Origin: Patescibacteria group bacterium
Lineage (GTDB): Bacteria > Patescibacteriota > CPR2 > UBA1875
Length of the DNA: 64,000 bases
Assembly: GCA_041737595.1 (NCBI GenBank)
Contig: JBGSRK010000009.1
Span: 56,360-120,359, forward strand
Direction of reading: 5' to 3'
Numbering within the stretch: position 1 is the stretch's first letter; the number at the start of each line of letters is the position of its first letter. The notes beneath the pieces are model-generated. The model was not told where the DNA came from. It searched no databases and saw nothing but the letters and a program-made list of their open reading frames with translations. This document shows, piece by piece, positions 58,487-64,000 of the stretch. The position numbers and the translations under genes are program-made.

Positions 58487-59203
58487 ATGAAACTTTACGT
58501 AATACCGATTGGATGGGCATGCCAAGCTCACTGTAAATATTGCATAACCAAATATAGAAATACTAAAAATGACATCTTAGACTTAAAAACGCTAAAAAAA
58601 GTATTAGAAAAAAATAATTATGAAAAAATTGAAATAACTGGTGGCGGAGAACCAACATTGCATCCCAAAATAAATGAGATTATTAAAATTTGTGCGAATA
58701 ATGCTCCGACAATTATGTATACAAATGGTGTCATGAAGCCTAGCAAAAAATATATGCTACTAAAACAATTATGTATTTCGAGGGCTCATTATAATAACAA
58801 AAAAAATAAAGAGATTATGAAAGTTAAATACAATATTAATGATTTTTATGAATTTGGAATACCAATAAAATTATCACTTATGATTCATAAATCTGGCATT
58901 CATACTTCTTGTGAACTTAGAAAATATCTTGAATGGGCAAATAATTATGCCAAAAAAGTTGTTATAAGACAATTATTTGAATATGACGATGATAATTACA
59001 AAGATTTTTACAATAAAGAGTTTATGAGCAGTGAAGACTTGGCTTATAAATTATTTCCAGATACTAAAAATAATAATAAAGAAGAAAACATTTTTTGTAA
59101 GTATAAGAATCTAGAAATAGAATTTGAACGCAGAACTTGTGCCTGCGAAAACAATAATCCTGTTTTATATGCTGATGGGGTTTTAAGAAATGGATGGATA
59201 TGA
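58487..59203 (+). CDS. radical SAM protein
   Basis: CQAHCKYC, ITGGGEPTL, YTNG. Confidence 0.9.
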   Translation: MKLYVIPIGWACQAHCKYCITKYRNTKNDILDLKTLKKVLEKNNYEKIEITGGGEPTLHPKINEIIKICANNAPTIMYTNGVMKPSKKYMLLKQLCISRAHYNNKKNKEIMKVKYNINDFYEFGIPIKLSLMIHKSGIHTSCELRKYLEWANNYAKKVVIRQLFEYDDDNYKDFYNKEFMSSEDLAYKLFPDTKNNNKEENIFCKYKNLEIEFERRTCACENNNPVLYADGVLRNGWI

Positions 59204-59718
59204 TATTAACTGGAAAAGAAATAATAAAAGAGGTTATAAATGGCAAAATACATATTAAGCCATTTGCGCTTAATAATATAAATCCAAATAGTTATAATTT
59301 TAGTTTAGGGAATAAGTTAAAAATATATAAAAAAAAGATACTCGATCCTAAAGTTGAAAATGAGTTTATAGAAATTGTAATTCCGAAAGAAGGGTACGTA
59401 TTAAAACCTAATCAATTATATTTAGGTCATACTATAGAAGAAATGGGTTCTGATTATTATGCCCCAACTATGCAAGCGAGAAGTTCGATTGGAAGGTTGG
59501 GTTTATATATTTATCTTAATTCTGGTTTAGGTGACATTGGCTTCAAAAAACAATGGACGCTTGAGCTTCATGCGATTCATCATCTTCGGGTTTATCCAGG
59601 AATGAAAGTTGGGCAGATGCTTTTTTGGAAACCTCAAGGTGAGATATTTTTATATGATGGTAAATATAAGAACTCTATTGGACCCGAAACAAGTCAGATT
59701 TGGAAAGATTTTAGTTAA
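59194..59718 (+). CDS. dcd: dCTP deaminase (trimeric dUTPase fold)
   Basis: INPNSY, ARSSIGRLG, GDIGF..WTLE, YDGKY. Confidence 0.9.
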   Translation: MDMILTGKEIIKEVINGKIHIKPFALNNINPNSYNFSLGNKLKIYKKKILDPKVENEFIEIVIPKEGYVLKPNQLYLGHTIEEMGSDYYAPTMQARSSIGRLGLYIYLNSGLGDIGFKKQWTLELHAIHHLRVYPGMKVGQMLFWKPQGEIFLYDGKYKNSIGPETSQIWKDFS

Positions 59719-59795
59719 ATAGTGGCCTGTGTTACAATATTTTTACCAGAGTTCTAGTATATTAAATCCCCTCCCCTTAATTTGGAGTTTATAAA

Positions 59796-60575
59796 ATGAA
59801 AGATTATAAAGACATATCAGGACTAGATATTAAACTTGAAGACATCGGGCTAACCTATGATCAAGCTGTTTTTGGTGTTGAACCAAAAACAAGAAATTAT
59901 GAGGAAGCAAAAGATGTATATTTAGAAAAGGGAGCCGAAGAGCAAGAACTTTACTGGATGTACAGATATATGGAAAAGTCCGTGGATACTGATGTTTTTG
60001 AACTAAATAAAGCCGAATATGATATTACGGTAATTAAGCCAGGTAAAATAGGGCCTGAATTTATAAAAACATCTGGGCATTATCACGGCTATGTTCCAAA
60101 TACTGAAATGACTTATCCAGAGGTTTATGAAGTAATTGATGGGAATATTAACTATCTTTTGCAAACAAAGCCAGATATGGAAGGAAATGTTGATGTAGTT
60201 ATCGTAGAAGCAAGTATTGGAGATAAAATTATTGTTCCTCCGAATTATGGTCATGTTTCAATAAATATAGGTGAAAATTATGCAGTATCTTCAAATCTTC
60301 AGTTTCGCGATCTTCCAGCCACTGCAGACTATGAATCATTTAAAGTGAATAATGGGGCTGCTCTTTATCGAACAGATAATGGTTGGGATAATAATTTAAA
60401 TTATAAAATCAGATCTTTAAAAAAAGTCACTCCAAAAGAAAAACCTGAGTGGGGACTTACAAAATTAAAACCATTATATAGTTCCTTTATTGAAAGTCCG
60501 GAAAAATTTAAATTTATTATAGAACCACAAAACTTTAATTTTTCAGATATTTGGGAAGAAAAAAAGGATTTTTAA
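59796..60575 (+). CDS. cupin-type glucose-6-phosphate isomerase
   Basis: YDITVI.PG, KTSGHYH, YPEVYEV, VPPNYGHVSIN. Confidence 0.88.
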   Translation: MKDYKDISGLDIKLEDIGLTYDQAVFGVEPKTRNYEEAKDVYLEKGAEEQELYWMYRYMEKSVDTDVFELNKAEYDITVIKPGKIGPEFIKTSGHYHGYVPNTEMTYPEVYEVIDGNINYLLQTKPDMEGNVDVVIVEASIGDKIIVPPNYGHVSINIGENYAVSSNLQFRDLPATADYESFKVNNGAALYRTDNGWDNNLNYKIRSLKKVTPKEKPEWGLTKLKPLYSSFIESPEKFKFIIEPQNFNFSDIWEEKKDF

Positions 60576-60620
60576 CCTTCGCAAAGCCAAGAATAGATAG
60601 TATAATGTTTTAGCACTTAA

Positions 60621-60716
60621 TAATCGAAATCTATAGATTTCGATTAAGAGGAAGCGTAGCGAAAGAGCATAGAAATTTTTAAAAAGATTTTGAAGCTCGT
60701 CAGCTTACGCTGACGA
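60621..60716 (+). repeat. divergent tRNA-abutting element (arm 4)
   Basis: TAATCGAAATC-TATA-GATTTCGATTA, AGAGGA, AGCGTA...TACGCT-GACGA directly before tRNA-Ser. Confidence 0.65.
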
Positions 60717-60808
60717 GGTGAGGTCGCATAGTCCGGTCTAGTGCGCCGCCTTGGAAAGGCGGTATATCCGCAAGGGTATCCAGGGTTCGAATCCCTGCCT
60801 CACCGCCA
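60717..60808 (+). tRNA. tRNA-Ser(GGA)
   Basis: GGTGAGG/CCTCACC, CCGCC-TTGGAAA-GGCGG, long variable arm. Confidence 0.96.
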
Positions 60809-60904
60809 TGTTTTCTTTACTTTAATATAAAGCTAAAAGAAGTTATAATTGCTTTAGAAATATATTAAAATTACTAATTTGTATCAAAGAAAGGGAATTT
60901 TTAA

Positions 60905-61516
60905 ATGAAAAATAGTATTAAATTAGCATTAAATCAGTTTTTACCTGCAGCAGTAGTTATTACGCTTCTAAGTGGATTTTTTTTCTTGGGTCTTAATCAG
61001 AATTATCGATCAAGCGCTAATGATCCACAAATACAATATATTCAAGGGATTGTTGATTATCTTACGGGTGCAGAAGCAAAACCTGAAGATGTGACAGGAA
61101 CTCAAAAAATTAGTGTAGAAAATTCACTCGATCCATTTATTATAATTTTTGATACTGAAAGAAAATCAGTAGCCGCAAATGCTCAGCTAAAAGATGGTAC
61201 TCCAATCCCACCTGAAAAAAGATTTGAAATTAAAAAAGACCAGAATAAATTTTTTTCATATTTCAGTAATAATGGCCAAAAAAGATTTACCTGGGTACCC
61301 CAAAAAGGTGTAAAAATTGCAGCTGTACTAGATTCATATGAAAAAGATGGTAAATTAGCCGGATATGTTCTTGTTGGAAGAAATCTTAAAGAAATAGAAA
61401 AACGTACGGTAAACCTTGGATTATTAGTTACTTTCGGATGGCTTATTACTATGGTTTCTACATTTACAACAATATTAATGGTCAATTTACGGGGGAGCAA
61501 GAAGACCGAAAAATAG
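60905..61516 (+). CDS. 2-TM membrane protein with an extracytoplasmic sensor-like domain
   Basis: TM helices at both ends; no catalytic motif recognised. Confidence 0.65.
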   Translation: MKNSIKLALNQFLPAAVVITLLSGFFFLGLNQNYRSSANDPQIQYIQGIVDYLTGAEAKPEDVTGTQKISVENSLDPFIIIFDTERKSVAANAQLKDGTPIPPEKRFEIKKDQNKFFSYFSNNGQKRFTWVPQKGVKIAAVLDSYEKDGKLAGYVLVGRNLKEIEKRTVNLGLLVTFGWLITMVSTFTTILMVNLRGSKKTEK

Positions 61517-63277
61517 ATGAATGAACTTGAGGAGATAAAAGCAAAAATTGATATTGTTGAGCTTATAAATGGATATGCTCAACTAAAACAAACAGGTAAA
61601 AATTTCAAGGCCTGCTGTCCTTTTCATTCAGAAAAAACCCCATCATTTATTGTTTCACCAGAAAGACAGATGTGGCATTGTTTTGGTAGTTGTAATGAAG
61701 GTGGTGATGTATTTAGCTTTATTATGAAGGCAGATGGACTGACATTCCCTGAAGCAGTAGAAACCCTTGCTCAAAAAGCTGGAGTAAAAATTGAAAGAAA
61801 AAGATTTGAAAAAAATGAAGAGAAATCTAAATATTATAACGCAAACGATCTTGCCGCAGATTTTTATAACGAATTGCTCAAAAAGGAAGTAGGCACGAAC
61901 GCACTAAATTATCTTAAAAAACAAAGAGGGTTAACCGAAAGTACAATAAAATCATTTAATCTTGGGTTTTCATCATCAGGAAAAAATGATTTAGAGAACG
62001 AACTGAGTCGTCACAAAATTACCAGAAGTGAACTTACTTCCTCTGGCCTTGTAGTTCAAAAATCTGGAGAGTGGCGTGATTTATTTTGGAATCGTTTAAT
62101 GTTCCCTATCCGTGATATTTCTGGGAAAACAATTGGTTTTTCTGCAAGAACCCTAGAAAAAGATGGTGTCCCAAAATATATAAATACACCCGAAACAGAG
62201 ATATATCATAAATCAAATATTTTATATGGGATTGATGTCGCTAAAGAAACAATAAGAAAAGCAGATAATGCAATTATAGTTGAGGGTAATATGGATGTCA
62301 TTGCATCATATCAAGCAGGAGTAAAAAATATAGTAGCTTCTTCTGGAACGGCTCTAACAGAAAATCAACTCCGACTAATATTAAGATTAACAAAAAATTT
62401 AAAACTTGCTTTTGATGTTGATTTTGCGGGATCACAAGCCACAAGAAGGGCAATAGAGCTAGCCTGGGAACTTGGATTTAATATAAAAGTAATAACTATC
62501 CCTGAAGGTAAAGATCCGGCTGATGCATGTCAAAAAGATCCAAAAATTTGGAAAGAAGCAGTTAAAAATGCTGAATATGTTGTAGATTTCTTATTTAACT
62601 CAGCAATAAAAAAATTTGATAAAAAAGATTCAATGGGGAAAAAATATATTGCCCGTGAACTTTTGCCCGTTATAAAAAGAATTCCTGATGATATTGAGAA
62701 AAATACATATATAAAGAGACTTGCTCAGGAACTTGGAGTTGCTGAGGCAAGCATTTCAGAAGCACTTAAGAAAATGGAGATCAAAAAAACCAATACAACT
62801 TATATAAAAAGAGAAGAACCAAAAATACTAAATAAAAATATAGAACTTGAAAGAAATATAATTGGGCTACTCTTAACACTGCCTCATTATCTTGATTTTG
62901 CCATAGCTACAATTACCCCAGAAGATTTTACAGATAAAAGTGTGGGACAATCTTTCGAAAAAATGTTAAAATACTACAACAAAAAGGGTACGATTTCAGA
63001 AAGCCAATTTTTAACGTCTTTAGTTAAAGACGAAAAAGAGCAATTTAATTTTTACTTACTCTCAGTTGAGGCAAATTTTTCAGACCTCGATGATGAGAAA
63101 AAAGCTGAAGAAATATATTTCGGCATTAAACGTTTAAAAAAGAATTCGCTCGAACAAAAAAAGAAAGAGCTTTCCTCTGAAATTATACAATCAGAAAAAG
63201 AGGGTAATAAAAAAGTTACCCATGAAATGCTCGAGAAAATGCAACTTTTACTCGAGGAAGAAAGAAATTTAAACTAA
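61517..63277 (+). CDS. dnaG: DNA primase
   Basis: [11 protein letters not shown] zinc finger, [33 protein letters not shown]. Confidence 0.98.
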   Translation: MNELEEIKAKIDIVELINGYAQLKQTGKNFKACCPFHSEKTPSFIVSPERQMWHCFGSCNEGGDVFSFIMKADGLTFPEAVETLAQKAGVKIERKRFEKNEEKSKYYNANDLAADFYNELLKKEVGTNALNYLKKQRGLTESTIKSFNLGFSSSGKNDLENELSRHKITRSELTSSGLVVQKSGEWRDLFWNRLMFPIRDISGKTIGFSARTLEKDGVPKYINTPETEIYHKSNILYGIDVAKETIRKADNAIIVEGNMDVIASYQAGVKNIVASSGTALTENQLRLILRLTKNLKLAFDVDFAGSQATRRAIELAWELGFNIKVITIPEGKDPADACQKDPKIWKEAVKNAEYVVDFLFNSAIKKFDKKDSMGKKYIARELLPVIKRIPDDIEKNTYIKRLAQELGVAEASISEALKKMEIKKTNTTYIKREEPKILNKNIELERNIIGLLLTLPHYLDFAIATITPEDFTDKSVGQSFEKMLKYYNKKGTISESQFLTSLVKDEKEQFNFYLLSVEANFSDLDDEKKAEEIYFGIKRLKKNSLEQKKKELSSEIIQSEKEGNKKVTHEMLEKMQLLLEEERNLN

Positions 63278-63300
63278 CATTATTTGTTAGAAAGGTTTTT

Positions 63301-64000
63301 ATGGCCGAAAATTACGAAAAAGAAATCGCGGGGCTTGTAAAAAAAGGAAAAGAACAGGGATTTGTTTCACAAGAAGAAATTCTTGCAGCTGTACCAGCGA
63401 TTGAAGAAAACATTGAAAAACTCGATGAGCTTTATGCTGTTTTATTGGAAGCAGGTATAGAGGTTACAGAAAATCGAAAAGAAATGATTTGGGGGAATGA
63501 TAGTGAAGAAGATGATGAACCAGTAAAACCTGCAGCTGAACTTTCTGATCTTGCCGATGATTCAGTTCGTATGTATCTTCGTGAGATTGGTAAAATCCCG
63601 CTCATAAATCATGAAATGGAAATTGAACTTGCCAAAAAAATCCTCCGTGGCGACAAAAAAGCCAAAAAAGATCTTGCAGAAGCTAATCTTCGATTAGTTG
63701 TTTCTATTGCAAAAAGATATATCGGCCGAGGGCTTGATCTTCTAGATCTTATTGAAGAGGGTAACACTGGTCTTCTTCGTGCAGTAGAAAAGTTCGATCA
63801 TGCCAGAGGTTATAAATTCTCAACTTATGCAACCTGGTGGATTAGACAAGCAATCACACGTTCCATTGCTGACCAAGCACGTACCATCCGTATTCCGGTA
63901 CACATGATTGAAACCATCAATAAACTAAACCGCATCTCACGCCAGATTTTGCAAGAAACCGGCCGAGAAGCAACCCCGGAAGAGTTAGCAGAAAAAATGG
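63301..64000 (+). CDS. rpoD: primary sigma factor (partial, runs off the window)
   Basis: Manual translation: [59 protein letters not shown]. Confidence 0.97.
   Translation, partial: MAENYEKEIAGLVKKGKEQGFVSQEEILAAVPAIEENIEKLDELYAVLLEAGIEVTENRKEMIWGNDSEEDDEPVKPAAELSDLADDSVRMYLREIGKIPLINHEMEIELAKKILRGDKKAKKDLAEANLRLVVSIAKRYIGRGLDLLDLIEEGNTGLLRAVEKFDHARGYKFSTYATWWIRQAITRSIADQARTIRIPVHMIETINKLNRISRQILQETGREATPEELAEKM

Noticed and set aside
59194-59718. AvcD-type anti-phage dCTP deaminase
   Set aside because: This protein has the trimeric dUTPase-fold Dcd motifs, not the zinc HAE/PCxxC deaminase motif
1-64000. CRISPR array, cas genes, transposases or integrases
   Set aside because: No regularly spaced repeat-spacer series and no ORF with recognisable Cas, DDE, HUH or tyrosine/serine recombinase motifs
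1-64000. Stop-codon reassignment (genetic code 25 or 4)
   Set aside because: Conserved genes are full length under code 11 and TGA ends genes normally (e.g. 11540-11542)

Overview
AT-rich bacterial chromosome segment read with the standard code, most consistent with a reduced-genome Patescibacteria/CPR organism (inference from short AspRS/MetK/ValRS, split ComEC, cupin PGI and many leaderless-type promoters). It lies near the replication origin (three parS palindromes) and is mostly housekeeping: aspS, metK with SAM-I riboswitch, tilS-ftsH-murJ, tsaD, murE, trpS, valS with T-box, mutM, holA, rpsO-pnp, dnaG-rpoD and eight tRNAs. The most unusual signals surround the tRNAs. (1) A complete tRNA-Thr(CGT) is nested inside the anticodon arm of a second tRNA-shaped shell (52223-52388). 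(2) A family of six covarying hairpin arms with a shared palindrome abuts tRNA 5' or 3' ends in both orientations. (3) Two mini-elements duplicate tRNA 3' ends. (4) A ~16 kb integrase-less cassette array at tRNA-Asp is delimited by three ~60-nt repeats and carries a cluster of two HisRS homologues, two sulfatase-like enzymes, an ABC importer and a PRT-motif protein, plus GC-rich purB/purE/purC. An NrtR-led operon (kinase, nucleoside deoxyribosyltransferase, radical SAM, dCTP deaminase) is also notable. All family calls rest on motifs read by eye; no database search was run.
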